Shown: positions 27,144 through 37,066 of the stretch, piece after piece
Numbering within the stretch: the first letter of the stretch is position 1
How the letters are laid out: every line of letters starts with the position of its first letter
DNA from: a virus
Taxonomy: Duplodnaviria; Heunggongvirae; Uroviricota; Caudoviricetes
Direction: 5' to 3' (one strand)
IMG/VR virus record: IMGVR_UViG_2724679226_000002
Coordinates: 1 to 64,000 of that record
Length of the DNA: 64,000 nucleotides
Notes under the pieces: model-generated
Seen by the model: the letters and a program-made list of their open reading frames with translations, nothing else
The model's database searches: none
Told to the model about the DNA's origin: nothing
Made by a program: the position numbers and the translations under genes

Positions 27144-27317
27144 ATGGAAAAAAGAATTTTAAAAGTTTCTTATGCTAGAGCTGGAAACGGAAAAGGAGCT
27201 AAGTTATCGTTACCAGTAAAAATGTTAAGACTTATAGAAGTTTCGGAAGAAGAAAGAGAAATTGAACTTTCTTATGATGAAAAGAAAAAAGTTTTGATAA
27301 TAGCTAAGAAAAAGTAA
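27144..27317 (+). CDS. AbrB/SpoVT-like small DNA-binding protein
   Basis: 57 aa reading KLSLPVKMLRLIEVSEEEREIELSYDEK, a swapped-hairpin-like sequence. It sits between the palindromic operator and a long hairpin at 27320-27358. Not in the ORF track. Confidence 0.45.
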   Translation: MEKRILKVSYARAGNGKGAKLSLPVKMLRLIEVSEEEREIELSYDEKKKVLIIAKKK

Positions 27318-27427
27318 AAACTCCCGCCAAGCCTTTTAATAGACCAAAACGGGAGTAGAACAGTATAATACTGCTGAACACTTTTATTATACTGTGAAAC
27401 TCCTTAAAATTCAAGGAGGTATTTTTT

Positions 27428-27543
27428 ATGAGAATGAAAAAGAAGAAAAATCTATGGGAAGTAACAGTATGCGGTTTAAAATTCTACACTGAAAGCATGT
27501 CAGAAGCTATAGCGATAGCATGGAAGATAGGTGGTAGAGCATG
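27428..27543 (+). CDS. conserved small protein, copy 2 of 3
   Basis: MRMKKKKNLWEVTVCGLKFYTESMSEAIAIAWKIGGRA. ATGA overlap with the antirepressor gene. Confidence 0.4.
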
Positions 27544-28095
27544 AATGTAAAAATTCAAAATGAAATGACTAGTTTAGAACTTGTAGAGCAAATTAATTTT
27601 TTCAGAGAGAAAGAGGGGAAGAAAACTAAGTTAGAACATTCTAATCTTTTAAAGGTAATTAGAGATGAATTTTCAGAAGAAGTTAACGGCGTAAAAATTT
27701 ACGGCGTTAAGGAAAACTATTATACAGATAAAAAAGGTGAAAAAAGACCGATGTTCATCTTAACTCTAAGCCAAGCCAAACAAGTCTTAGTCCGAGAGAG
27801 TAAGTACGTAAGAAGAGCAGTTATCCAGTATATTGAAAAATTAGAAAAAGTAATTCAAGAAGAGCGTTTGCCATTTTTAAATGAAGTTGCAATAGAAGAA
27901 ATATTTGGAGACCAATACTTAGATACAATACTTGCGAACCTTAAGAGATGTTATGAGATTGAAAGCTTTATTGAAAAATTATATTGTGAAGAACTTATGC
28001 CTTTATATTCACAGAATCAAAAAATGATGAAGGCTAAAGAATCCATGATGACAGGGCATTTTTGTATGAAATATGGGAAAGCAGCAATAAAATAA
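27541..28095 (+). CDS. phage antirepressor / Rha-ORF6N-family regulatory protein
   Basis: LELVEQINFFREKEGKKTKLEHSNLLKVIRDEF...MFILTLSQAKQVLVRESKYVRRAVIQYIEKLE parallels the N-terminus of the KilAC antirepressor at 51088. Confidence 0.6.
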   Translation: MNVKIQNEMTSLELVEQINFFREKEGKKTKLEHSNLLKVIRDEFSEEVNGVKIYGVKENYYTDKKGEKRPMFILTLSQAKQVLVRESKYVRRAVIQYIEKLEKVIQEERLPFLNEVAIEEIFGDQYLDTILANLKRCYEIESFIEKLYCEELMPLYSQNQKMMKAKESMMTGHFCMKYGKAAIK

Positions 28096-28103
28096 GAAAA
28101 AAG

Positions 28104-28134
28104 AAGCCACGAAAAAAAATCGTGGCTTTTCTAT
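28104..28134 (+). terminator. rho-independent terminator
   Basis: Stem AAGCCACG/CGTGGCTT followed by a T-run. Confidence 0.7.
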
Positions 28135-28153
28135 TTAAAAGGAGTGTATATTT

Positions 28154-28375
28154 ATGGAAGATAAAGTAGAAAATAAATTAAATGAACTTTTAACAAAAGT
28201 CAAAGAGGGAATTAACACAGAGGATATAAATAAGATGATTGAATTACATTGCTTGTTTATTGGAATTGTGTTAGTGAGTAAATCTATGATTCCTCAGAAT
28301 AAAGATTTTCAAAATAAAATAGAAGCTGTTATGGCAACTATACAACAAAATAATCCATTAAGGATGTTACAATGA
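28154..28375 (+). CDS. hypothetical protein
   Basis: 73-aa ORF preceded by AGGAG. Confidence 0.45.
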   Translation: MEDKVENKLNELLTKVKEGINTEDINKMIELHCLFIGIVLVSKSMIPQNKDFQNKIEAVMATIQQNNPLRMLQ

Positions 28376-29160
28376 ACATCGAATTAAAAATTGAAGATGA
28401 TGATATAAAACTTTATCTTCCAAATACACATAGTATTGATTTTATAAAGAGTTTAGTAAAAAAAATACGAGAGAATGATGTTCAAGTGATTTTAACTGAT
28501 AGATTATCCATAGATCAAAATAGACTTATATGGGTATTATGTCATGAATATGGAGAATTGCTTGGATATACAAGAGAAGAAATGCGTGGAATTTTAGAGA
28601 ACGAATTTTGTAATGAAAGAGAAATTGAATATTTTTCTATTTCTCCTCACAAAGAAAATGCCTGTTCTATGGAAATTGCAACAGAATTTATTCAGTTTAT
28701 TATAGAACATTCTATTAAAATGGGAGTAAATCTCATTATTCATGAGGGAAAAGGACCACTTATGAAAAGAAAGCAAGCTAGAGATGTGGTTCCTGATATT
28801 CGTAGATTTGTATTAGCTTGCTTGTTAAATAAAACTTGTGCCGTATGTGGAAGAAAAAATGTAGAACTTCATCATTGGGATCCGATTGGAAGTTTTGGTT
28901 ATGAACATGATGATGGTCTACAAACAAGGTTTATTTCATTATGTGGAGAACATCATAGTGAATTTCACTTGATTGGAGCAGAAGAATTTGAACGAAGATA
29001 CCATTTACAAGGAATATGGTTAAGCGTAAATTTAGTAATTGCTCTAAAAAAGGTGTATCCATGGCATTTTAAAGGATTTAAAAAAGAAAAATATATAAAA
29101 AGTTTGGAGGTAAAAAATGACGAGAGAAGAAATCATAAGCTTAAAAAAGACAATCTTTAG
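28372..29160 (+). CDS. DUF968-like protein with an HNH-type metal-binding C-terminus
   Basis: CAVCGRKNVELHHWDP...HDDGLQTRFISLCGEHHSEFH. Confidence 0.5.
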   Translation: MNIELKIEDDDIKLYLPNTHSIDFIKSLVKKIRENDVQVILTDRLSIDQNRLIWVLCHEYGELLGYTREEMRGILENEFCNEREIEYFSISPHKENACSMEIATEFIQFIIEHSIKMGVNLIIHEGKGPLMKRKQARDVVPDIRRFVLACLLNKTCAVCGRKNVELHHWDPIGSFGYEHDDGLQTRFISLCGEHHSEFHLIGAEEFERRYHLQGIWLSVNLVIALKKVYPWHFKGFKKEKYIKSLEVKNDERRNHKLKKDNL

Positions 29161-29329
29161 AGATTTTACATTGAACTCCGAAGCTTTAAGAACATCTCCT
29201 ATAGAAAGTTATGAATTATGTCTAATTTATGAAAGATACGGTAAAAAATTCAAAATGTCAGAAATTTTGAGAGCCTTGAATATAAAAACATCAACAAAAG
29301 AAATGAAAAAAATACCATATATATATTAA
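29117..29329 (+). CDS. hypothetical protein
   Basis: 70-aa ORF. Confidence 0.4.
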   Translation: MTREEIISLKKTIFRDFTLNSEALRTSPIESYELCLIYERYGKKFKMSEILRALNIKTSTKEMKKIPYIY

Positions 29330-29341
29330 AGGAGCGTAGAA

Positions 29342-29623
29342 ATGAGAAATAGAAAAAAACGTGAAGAAGAATTATTTGGACTTGATCTATTTTCTAAAGA
29401 TTTTGTTGGAGGATATAGCCATAAGAAGAAAAAAGCATGGATTCAGAAAAAAGGATTTCGTTCTACAATTATTCTTTATGGAATAGAGGAAGAAGAAATA
29501 CTATCTCTTTTTTCAGAGCAACATAAATTTTATCCATTTCTTTTTGAAAAAGAAGTAGAAGGATATGAAAGATTTAATATGGGAAAAGGAAAAGGAAAAA
29601 GATATAGGAAAGTGATTTCATGA
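29342..29623 (+). CDS. hypothetical protein
   Basis: 93-aa ORF. Confidence 0.4.
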   Translation: MRNRKKREEELFGLDLFSKDFVGGYSHKKKKAWIQKKGFRSTIILYGIEEEEILSLFSEQHKFYPFLFEKEVEGYERFNMGKGKGKRYRKVIS

Positions 29624-30309
29624 GAAGAGCAAAACCAAAAGAAAAGCGTGAAATAAAAATAAATGAGAAAAAAGAAATTACCGTAATAAGAGATATTCAA
29701 ATTCCGAAAGAACTTGAAAATGCTTTTATTTTTACTGCTTGTATGTTAGAGATGAAAGCATGTTTAGAAGAACATAGAGAAATTTGGAAGAAAGAATTTA
29801 AAAATGGTGGGTATTTAAAAGCTAATTATAAGATAGCATTAGGAAGAATGATAAATCTATGTGATATGTTATCTAAAAAATATACAGAAAATGGAATTAA
29901 GATGACAGATTTTGCAAGAATAAAAATTATTAAAATGATAGAAAGTATTCATATGGAAAAGAATATTCGAGATAAAACAAGAAAAGAAACTCGAGTTATG
30001 TCCTATGAAGATGAATATTTTCCTGAGTATAAAGAATTTTTAAATACGATTTTAGCAGCTTGGACTTATAGTATGATTTTATTTACAAAATTACACCATT
30101 TTATAAGAAAAGAGAAAATAGAGAAAGAAGCAAAAGAATTGAGTGACAAAGTTATTTTATTCATGACTATGATAGATGAGGAAATTGTACTTTCTGAACA
30201 TGAGATTGTAACGAAAGCAGAAAGAAAAAAGTACTTAAAACCAGTTTCTGAAAAGAAATTACAAATAATACATACGAAATTAAAGGAAAAAGGATACTTA
30301 AAAGATTAA
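29620..30309 (+). CDS. hypothetical protein
   Basis: 229-aa ORF. Confidence 0.45.
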   Translation: MRRAKPKEKREIKINEKKEITVIRDIQIPKELENAFIFTACMLEMKACLEEHREIWKKEFKNGGYLKANYKIALGRMINLCDMLSKKYTENGIKMTDFARIKIIKMIESIHMEKNIRDKTRKETRVMSYEDEYFPEYKEFLNTILAAWTYSMILFTKLHHFIRKEKIEKEAKELSDKVILFMTMIDEEIVLSEHEIVTKAERKKYLKPVSEKKLQIIHTKLKEKGYLKD

Positions 30310-30353
30310 GTGTCTTTTTTTTTATTAAAGTATGGAATGAAGTAGGTGTAAAA

Positions 30354-30560
30354 ATGAAAAATTATGAATATGTTTGTGAATTTCCTAGAAAAGAAAAACA
30401 GAAAGCTATCGAACACTGTAAATTTTTAAACAGTAAAGATGTTGGAAAGTTCGAGATAAGAGAATATACTCAAAGTCGTTTGATTGTAACAAAGAAAACA
30501 AAGCCGACAACATATATCGTTGTAAGGAGGTTAGAAGATGAAAACGAAGACAAAGTTTAG
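30354..30560 (+). CDS. hypothetical protein
   Basis: 68-aa ORF. Confidence 0.4.
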   Translation: MKNYEYVCEFPRKEKQKAIEHCKFLNSKDVGKFEIREYTQSRLIVTKKTKPTTYIVVRRLEDENEDKV

Positions 30561-30888
30561 GAAAATAGCAACCTTTAACAATTGGAAAGAAGCTCAAGAA
30601 ATGTGTTTGAAAAAGAATAGATGTCAGCAAAAGCAGAAGTATTCTATTTTGAAATTAAAGAAGAATAAATATGTGGTGATTGAATGGTTGCTTCCAACCG
30701 AAAAATTAGAGGAAGAGAAAAGACCATTTGAAAAGAGGAATAAAAAGGGAAAAGTGCTACAAAACTTACATCTCATTGGCGAAAAGAGAAAGAATGGTAT
30801 CACTTGGGAGGTAATCGCAGAAGAATTAGAATTGTCTGTTTGCACTTGTCAAAGATATTATAGAAAATTTAGAGAGGGAGAGTTTTAG
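30538..30888 (+). CDS. hypothetical protein (possible C-terminal HTH)
   Basis: 116-aa ORF with a C-terminus reading ITWEVIAEELELSVCTCQRYYRKF. Confidence 0.4.
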   Translation: MKTKTKFRKIATFNNWKEAQEMCLKKNRCQQKQKYSILKLKKNKYVVIEWLLPTEKLEEEKRPFEKRNKKGKVLQNLHLIGEKRKNGITWEVIAEELELSVCTCQRYYRKFREGEF

Positions 30889-30896
30889 GAGGAATT

Positions 30897-31370
30897 ATGG
30901 AAAAAGAAACAGTGTTGGAAATAGAATTTATGCCTGTTTGGGATAAATGGGCATGGAGAATTACAAAACAAAATGAAAATGTTTTAGAAAGAGGAGTGTT
31001 TAAAGATGACGAAATAAGGGTAATGTCTAGCAGTGGCCCTTGTTTATGCTTAGACAATTTTTTATATATAAAAGGAATGGATTCATCACACGATGATGAT
31101 TGTTTTGTCTGTACGAATAAAGAAAAAAAGATTATCAAAGAAAAAGTAAAAGCCATCAACGAAAAATATGGAAAACCTAAAAGATGGAGAGCTGAATATG
31201 GTGGAGAATATTTCTTTGTAACTAGTCATGGAAAAGTACGAGCAGCTATTGATTATAAATACGACTATGATACAAACAGGTACAATTTTGGCAATTACTT
31301 CAAAACTAAAGAACAAGCAAAAAAAGCACTTGGGAGAATGAAGGAAGTACTAAAGGAGGTTACAGAATGA
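30897..31370 (+). CDS. hypothetical protein
   Basis: 157-aa ORF. Confidence 0.45.
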   Translation: MEKETVLEIEFMPVWDKWAWRITKQNENVLERGVFKDDEIRVMSSSGPCLCLDNFLYIKGMDSSHDDDCFVCTNKEKKIIKEKVKAINEKYGKPKRWRAEYGGEYFFVTSHGKVRAAIDYKYDYDTNRYNFGNYFKTKEQAKKALGRMKEVLKEVTE

Positions 31371-31765
31371 GAGAAATCAAATTTAGAGCTTGGGATGGAT
31401 TAACTAAAAAAATCACAAATTATCAAATCTGTGATGATATGGTACTTTTCTTTGATAAGCATAAAGGTTGTTGGCTAAAGAGCCAAAAAGACAGATTTGT
31501 GCTTATGCAATCCACAGGTATAAAGGATAAAAATGGAGTTGAAATCTATGAGGGGGATATTGTAAAAGTTCCACATTTTTTACATGATGAAAGAATAAAA
31601 ATAAACGGTGTTGTCAAATATGTCAATAATAGAGCTGAATTCGTCATTGATTTAGAAGATATTGAAGAAACTTTTTATTGTTGCAATCAAAAAGATAGAA
31701 TTGAGGTTGTTGGAAACATTTATGAAAATCCTGAATTGTTGGAGGAAAATAATGTGGAAATGTAA
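31367..31765 (+). CDS. YopX-family protein
   Basis: The N-terminus (MREIKFRAWD) is typical of YopX. A paralog lies at 32727. Confidence 0.65.
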   Translation: MREIKFRAWDGLTKKITNYQICDDMVLFFDKHKGCWLKSQKDRFVLMQSTGIKDKNGVEIYEGDIVKVPHFLHDERIKINGVVKYVNNRAEFVIDLEDIEETFYCCNQKDRIEVVGNIYENPELLEENNVEM

Positions 31766-31964
31766 ATGCTGTGGAAGCACCGATTTTATTGAAAGAGTTG
31801 TAGGCGGATACGAAAAATATTCAGGATATGATAAAAACGGTTACCCAAAAGAATTAGAAGAAACTGACTACGAAACAATAATCGAATGTAATAACTGCGG
31901 AAATTATAAAGATGGTTCTGATGATATTAAAAATATAGCCGACTGGATAGAGGAGGAGAAATAA
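31753..31964 (+). CDS. zinc-ribbon small protein
   Basis: MWKCKCCGS...CNNCGN. A paralog lies at 31964. Confidence 0.5.
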
Positions 31965-32176
31965 TGTGGAAGTGTAAAAAATGTGGAAACGATACTTTTT
32001 ATCAGCCTACAAGAAGTAGATTTATTATTTATAGTGCGGATAAAAACGAAAACATTATCGGTTGCGATGATGATTGCAATGTAGAATATGGAAAATTTTA
32101 TTGTGAAAATTGCAAAAAAACAGGTTGGCGACTTAGTGATGTAGCAAAATGGGTAGAGGAGGAAGAAAATGAATAG
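31964..32176 (+). CDS. zinc-ribbon small protein (paralog)
   Basis: MWKCKKCGN...CENCKK. Confidence 0.5.
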   Translation: MWKCKKCGNDTFYQPTRSRFIIYSADKNENIIGCDDDCNVEYGKFYCENCKKTGWRLSDVAKWVEEEENE

Positions 32177-32441
32177 GTTAGAAAAGATAAATAAATTAGT
32201 AGAGAAAATTAAATATTACGCAGAGGGAATTCCTGAGATTTACGAAAACATTGACATAGATTTAGACGACAACTGCATGGAAGACGGAGACATTTTCACA
32301 AGACTCGAAATAGATAAAAACTCTATAAGATTCGAAATAGATAAGAACGGAGAATTTTACATAGAAACTTCTTTAAATAATTTTGAAGAGCTCGATGAAC
32401 TTGCGTTTTGGAAAACAATGTATATCGTAAGCAATTGTTAA
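32169..32441 (+). CDS. hypothetical protein
   Basis: 90-aa ORF. Confidence 0.4.
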   Translation: MNRLEKINKLVEKIKYYAEGIPEIYENIDIDLDDNCMEDGDIFTRLEIDKNSIRFEIDKNGEFYIETSLNNFEELDELAFWKTMYIVSNC

Positions 32442-32517
32442 GAGATAACGGGAAAAATTGATGTAAAAAAATAGAAATCAATCGTGAAAAAAATTTTCCG
32501 ATTAGAAAAAGGAGACG

Positions 32518-32730
32518 TTGAGAATGAAATATGTTTTTAGTAAAGAGAAATATATAGAAAAAGAGGGAACGACAGCTTACGAAAAAAACAAATATTTGGT
32601 TGATAAATGCGATAAAAAAACAGTTATTTTAAATGAAAATGGTTTTGGTTCTATGCAGGGTGTGCATGAGTTTGAAATTTTCGAAAACGTTGGAAGAGCC
32701 GTGCAAGAATGGTGCGAGGTGGTGGAATGA
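32518..32730 (+). CDS. hypothetical protein
   Basis: 70-aa ORF. Confidence 0.4.
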   Translation: MRMKYVFSKEKYIEKEGTTAYEKNKYLVDKCDKKTVILNENGFGSMQGVHEFEIFENVGRAVQEWCEVVE

Positions 32731-33140
32731 AACAAAGAGAATATAAATTTCGAGCTTGGGATACTAGATATAAATGCATGTTTACTCCTGAAAAAATTGA
32801 TTTTTACAATTTTACCCTGCAAATAGAAGAAGGTTGCATATGGGATTCTTGGGACCCAAACGGAAATGAAAAAGTCATCTTAATGCAATACGCAGGAATG
32901 AGGGACCATATAGGAAGAGAGATTTTTGAAGGAGATATTGTCCGTATGCGGTCTATGACCCCCGGAGCTCCAAGCATTGTTGGAGAAGTACGGTTTGAGG
33001 AAAGTTGCTATTGGGTTGTAAACGAAAAACAAGAAAAAGGTGTACACCTATTTCAAGAGGGAGTGTATATTGAAAAAATTGGGAATATCTTTGAAAATTT
33101 AGAATTATTAAAGGAGTTTAGAGATGAAACTAAAGCTTAG
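32727..33140 (+). CDS. YopX-family protein (paralog)
   Basis: MKQREYKFRAWD. The start is set at the Met that forms an ATGA overlap with the previous gene. Confidence 0.6.
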   Translation: MKQREYKFRAWDTRYKCMFTPEKIDFYNFTLQIEEGCIWDSWDPNGNEKVILMQYAGMRDHIGREIFEGDIVRMRSMTPGAPSIVGEVRFEESCYWVVNEKQEKGVHLFQEGVYIEKIGNIFENLELLKEFRDETKA

Positions 33141-33372
33141 AAAATTGAGAAAGAAGAGGGAATTTACTGCGCATTGGAAAGGTGGATACTCTAAGTGTTA
33201 TGGCTATGGGACTTTTAGACCTTTGATTATTCGAAGAAGAGGGGAAAACATAAAAATAAAAAATTTTGAACTTATGGGGTTTATAACACAAATGTATTTT
33301 TTAAAAAGTTTGAAAAAATATTATAAAAGCGAGGTGGGAAGAATAGATGATAAAACTTATAAGAAACAGTGA
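33124..33372 (+). CDS. hypothetical basic protein
   Basis: 82-aa ORF. Confidence 0.35.
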   Translation: MKLKLRKLRKKREFTAHWKGGYSKCYGYGTFRPLIIRRRGENIKIKNFELMGFITQMYFLKSLKKYYKSEVGRIDDKTYKKQ

Positions 33373-33553
33373 AATTGAACAGCATAAAACAAGATATAAA
33401 TTTTATAACAACCGATGTAACGGCTGTAATAAAGTTGGAGATGTAAATATATTAGAAGTTAGAGCGGATGAATCGTCCGGAGGAACTGTTATTGTACTTT
33501 GCGATGAATGCTTAAAAAAATTAGGAAAGGAAATTGATGAGAAAATAAGATGA
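33347..33553 (+). CDS. zinc-ribbon small protein
   Basis: CNGCNK...CDEC. Confidence 0.45.
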   Translation: MIKLIRNSEIEQHKTRYKFYNNRCNGCNKVGDVNILEVRADESSGGTVIVLCDECLKKLGKEIDEKIR

Positions 33554-33825
33554 AAGAAATTTACATGAGCCAGATTAAAAAGATTTTTGAAATGTATATG
33601 GATATTTTTGAACAAGAAGATTCTGATCATCCAGATTATAGAGTAATCCGACCAAAAGAAAGAGCTATTGATAGAACTTTAGATAAAATCACAGACAACA
33701 AAGAAGAACAAAGAAAAATTTATTATGCAATTATAGGACATCTATTCAACAGAGGAGATGGAACATACAGACCAATATGTAATGACCTTAGAGCATTAGG
33801 ATATACAGTTATAGAGGGGAGATAA
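33550..33825 (+). CDS. hypothetical protein
   Basis: 91-aa ORF. Confidence 0.45.
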   Translation: MKEIYMSQIKKIFEMYMDIFEQEDSDHPDYRVIRPKERAIDRTLDKITDNKEEQRKIYYAIIGHLFNRGDGTYRPICNDLRALGYTVIEGR

Positions 33826-33952
33826 AAGATGAGAACAGTTGAGGAAGTTAAACATAAAATAGATGAATTTGTTGGAGATGATTCTTCGCAACGTTTAGAC
33901 AAACTACAATCTCAAATAAAATTACTAAAATGGGTATTAGGAGAGTGAGGAA

Positions 33953-34612
33953 ATGAAATATACACAAAATATAGAAGTAGAAGCTTTACAATTTACAGAA
34001 GATAACATTGATGAAATACTAGATTTCATTTGTGACGGAGAACCCTTTGAAATGTGTTTTGTTGAAGACAGAGAAACAACAAAATTGGATATTATCAAAA
34101 AGCAAAAGCTTTATATAGAACATCCAGTGGGAATGATTACGGCTTATTTTGGAAATTATCTTGTAAAAATTTCAAAGAATATTTTTCAAGTTTGGAGCAA
34201 AGAAGAATTTGAAAAGTTTCATAAGATAAAGTTAACTGATGTGAAAGAAAATAAAATAAAGTGGGCTTTTAGTTGGAATGGAGAAAACTATTATGGTGGT
34301 TTTGACACAAGAGAAGAAGCAATTGAAGAAGCAAGAAAGACAGATAAGAGTGCAAAATCGGTTTTTGTTGGTATAGAAGTGCCTTATAAAGAAAAATGTA
34401 AAAATATTGTCGAAATTGTTACTGATAGTTTAAATGCAGGTGCATATGAAGAAATGGAAGAATTGGCAGAAGATTATATGCTTTACTTTAGAGAAGGAGA
34501 GAAAAAAATATTGGAAGATAGACTAAGAGAAACAATACTGATATTTCAAAAAGAATTTGGATATGAGCCGAGTTTTTTCTATGTTAAAGAGGCGGAATTT
34601 GTAGAATTATGA
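33953..34612 (+). CDS. hypothetical protein
   Basis: 219-aa ORF. Confidence 0.5.
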   Translation: MKYTQNIEVEALQFTEDNIDEILDFICDGEPFEMCFVEDRETTKLDIIKKQKLYIEHPVGMITAYFGNYLVKISKNIFQVWSKEEFEKFHKIKLTDVKENKIKWAFSWNGENYYGGFDTREEAIEEARKTDKSAKSVFVGIEVPYKEKCKNIVEIVTDSLNAGAYEEMEELAEDYMLYFREGEKKILEDRLRETILIFQKEFGYEPSFFYVKEAEFVEL

Positions 34613-34655
34613 AAGTGAATCAATACTATGCTGAGAGAATGAAAGGAATTGTATA

Positions 34656-35201
34656 ATGGATATAGTAGATATTTATAAAGAATGCGGCGATTTCCATGAA
34701 GCAGTACGAAGAAGTGGATTGCCACCATTAATAGCGCATATAAAGCTTATGAAAAATGGCGTTTTAAAGATACAGGATAAAATAAAATACGGAACAAGAG
34801 CAAATGCTTTAGGAGGAAAGGCGGAGGAATTGTTTCAGAAATTAGTTCCAGAGGCAGTGGATGCCAACAAATATTGGAAAAAGAATAATCCTATTTATGA
34901 TTTTGTGTATAAAGGATTGACAATTGATGTTAAATATTCATCTATACGTCCACATACTACAACGATTTGTTGGTGTGCAAGAGTAAGTGGAGAACAAGAT
35001 GTTACAGTGATATTTTTAGAAAGAGAACGTGGAACAGAGTTAAAAGATCCGTATATTTTGCTGATACCTAGAGGATTTGTGAATGTAAAAAATACTTTAC
35101 ATATTTCATGCTCAGGTTCATGGTTTTCTGATTTTCAGATAGAAATTGAAGAGTTAAAAGATGTTTTAGAACAATATGTGGAGGCTATGAATGGGGTATG
35201 A
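34656..35201 (+). CDS. hypothetical protein, possibly a PD-(D/E)XK-type nuclease partner of the adjacent methyltransferase
   Basis: 181 aa with a D...(D/E)XK-like pattern (IYDFVYKGLTIDVKYSS). It overlaps the methyltransferase start by 11 nt. Confidence 0.35.
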   Translation: MDIVDIYKECGDFHEAVRRSGLPPLIAHIKLMKNGVLKIQDKIKYGTRANALGGKAEELFQKLVPEAVDANKYWKKNNPIYDFVYKGLTIDVKYSSIRPHTTTICWCARVSGEQDVTVIFLERERGTELKDPYILLIPRGFVNVKNTLHISCSGSWFSDFQIEIEELKDVLEQYVEAMNGV

Positions 35202-36177
35202 TATTAAATCTATAAAAAAAGAGTTTGCTTCTAAAGGAATATTTTATACTCCACCAGAATTAGCAGAATTTTTAAAAAGTTTTGTGGATATAGATACTGA
35301 TGAGGTATACGATCCAACTTGTGGACATGGTTCGTTACTATCTGTATTTGGAGATGAAGTTAAGAAATATGGTCAAGACATAAATCCTGTCGCAATTGAA
35401 TATATCAAAGAAAATTTTCCACATTTTCATGTAGAACTTGGAGATACTATCCAAGAAGATAAATTTTCAGAAAAGAAATTTAAAGTTATTCTTGCGAATC
35501 CTCCCTTTTCTGTAAAATATGAACCTAATGAAGAAATGTTATTGGATAAAAGATTTAAAGATTGTGGAATATTATCTCCAGCAAGTAAAGCTGACTATAT
35601 GTTTAATTTGCATATTTTACATAAGTTGAAAGAAAATGGAATAGCGGTAGTAATGAATTTTCCAGGCATATTATATCGAAAAAATAAAGAGGGAGAAATT
35701 CGGAAGTGGCTAATTGAGAATAACTATATTGATACAATTGTTCATATAGCTGGAAAGAAATTTGAGGATACTAACATTGCGACTTGTTTGATTATTTATA
35801 GAAAGAATAAAGTAACTACAGATATTAAATTTGTGGATAGTGAATTTAACTTAGAAAGAATGGTTTCTTTAGAAGAAATACGAGAAAACAACTATAATTT
35901 ATCTATAAGTACATATGTGCAAAAAGAAGAGCAGAAAGAGGAAATTAACATTGATGATGTAAATGAAGAAGCTAATCGTCATTTTTTAATTCATTTAGAA
36001 GAAACGTTAAAAGTAAATTTGTTTTTAGTACAATCCTTAGAGGCGAAAATAGATTACGAAATGTTCTTGAATAAAATAGGAGGATTGGTAAGAAAATATC
36101 GGAGTAAGTTTAAAAATAGAGAAAAGGAGGAAATTCCTAAGCAATGGGAAGAACAACTCCTTTTATTTGATAAATAA
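35191..36177 (+). CDS. N6-adenine DNA methyltransferase (gamma-class)
   Basis: Motif I reads DPTCGHGSLL and motif IV reads ILANPPFSVKY. The N-terminus (FYTPPELAEFL) fits the family. Confidence 0.8.
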   Translation: MGYDIKSIKKEFASKGIFYTPPELAEFLKSFVDIDTDEVYDPTCGHGSLLSVFGDEVKKYGQDINPVAIEYIKENFPHFHVELGDTIQEDKFSEKKFKVILANPPFSVKYEPNEEMLLDKRFKDCGILSPASKADYMFNLHILHKLKENGIAVVMNFPGILYRKNKEGEIRKWLIENNYIDTIVHIAGKKFEDTNIATCLIIYRKNKVTTDIKFVDSEFNLERMVSLEEIRENNYNLSISTYVQKEEQKEEINIDDVNEEANRHFLIHLEETLKVNLFLVQSLEAKIDYEMFLNKIGGLVRKYRSKFKNREKEEIPKQWEEQLLLFDK

Positions 36178-36222
36178 AAAAAGTTTTGGATAAAAAACGA
36201 TAGAAGAAATGAAGGTAAAAGT

Positions 36223-36525
36223 ATGATAAGAGAAGTGAGAAGAAATGAAAGATTAAAGGCAATTCTTTTTACTAAAGATAATGTTGGAGAAGTTGTTAAA
36301 TTTCTAAATTATGGTAAAAAGAGAAAGTTATCTAAAAAACAGATAGAGCAATATATCAAAAATGGCATTAGATTTAAAAGCTATGTGAGTGAAGATGGAA
36401 ACTATATTGGAGATTACGGATATAGAGTGTATGTTGATGAATGGATTGTAATGGGTTCAAATAGATATTTTGAAACTTATACAAAAAAGGAATTTGAAGA
36501 AGAGTTTGAAATAGTAGATTACTAG
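36223..36525 (+). CDS. hypothetical protein
   Basis: 100-aa ORF. Confidence 0.45.
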   Translation: MIREVRRNERLKAILFTKDNVGEVVKFLNYGKKRKLSKKQIEQYIKNGIRFKSYVSEDGNYIGDYGYRVYVDEWIVMGSNRYFETYTKKEFEEEFEIVDY

Positions 36526-36536
36526 GAGGAGTATTA

Positions 36537-36815
36537 ATGATTGAAAAATTTAAAACAAAAGTAGGTTGGACAGTATATAAAATTCCAGCGATAAAAACAA
36601 CTTTATGGGGTGGGTTTGGAATCTGTGATCATTGTAATTCAAGTACAGATTTTGGGTATTTAATTCCGGTATTAAATCATTATTGCTGTGAAAAATGTTT
36701 TCGCGACTGGGAGAAAACAGCGAGGTTTTATCCGGAAGATTTAGAAGTAGAGAATAAAAGAATAAAGTATTACGAAAACATATTGAATATTATAGAAAAA
36801 AGGGGCAAAGAATGA
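36537..36815 (+). CDS. hypothetical Cys-containing protein
   Basis: 92-aa ORF. Confidence 0.45.
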   Translation: MIEKFKTKVGWTVYKIPAIKTTLWGGFGICDHCNSSTDFGYLIPVLNHYCCEKCFRDWEKTARFYPEDLEVENKRIKYYENILNIIEKRGKE

Positions 36816-37045
36816 ACTTTATAAAAACATGGGAAAAAGATAGAGATGAAGCTCTTAAAAGTTTAGATATGGAAAAAATAAGAAAATATTGCTTAAAGTA
36901 TAAAATTCCAATGCCAAAAGATGAGATTGTAATATTAGCAGGTGCACATAAAGCTCGTTTACATATGCTTACAACAACAGAAGAAGAAAAAGAGATTTCA
37001 AAAAAATGGTTAAAGGACCATAATTTTAAAGAAACGATATTTTAA
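36812..37045 (+). CDS. hypothetical protein
   Basis: 77-aa ORF. Confidence 0.45.
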   Translation: MNFIKTWEKDRDEALKSLDMEKIRKYCLKYKIPMPKDEIVILAGAHKARLHMLTTTEEEKEISKKWLKDHNFKETIF

Positions 37046-37066
37046 TTTGAGAGAGGAGAAAAAATA

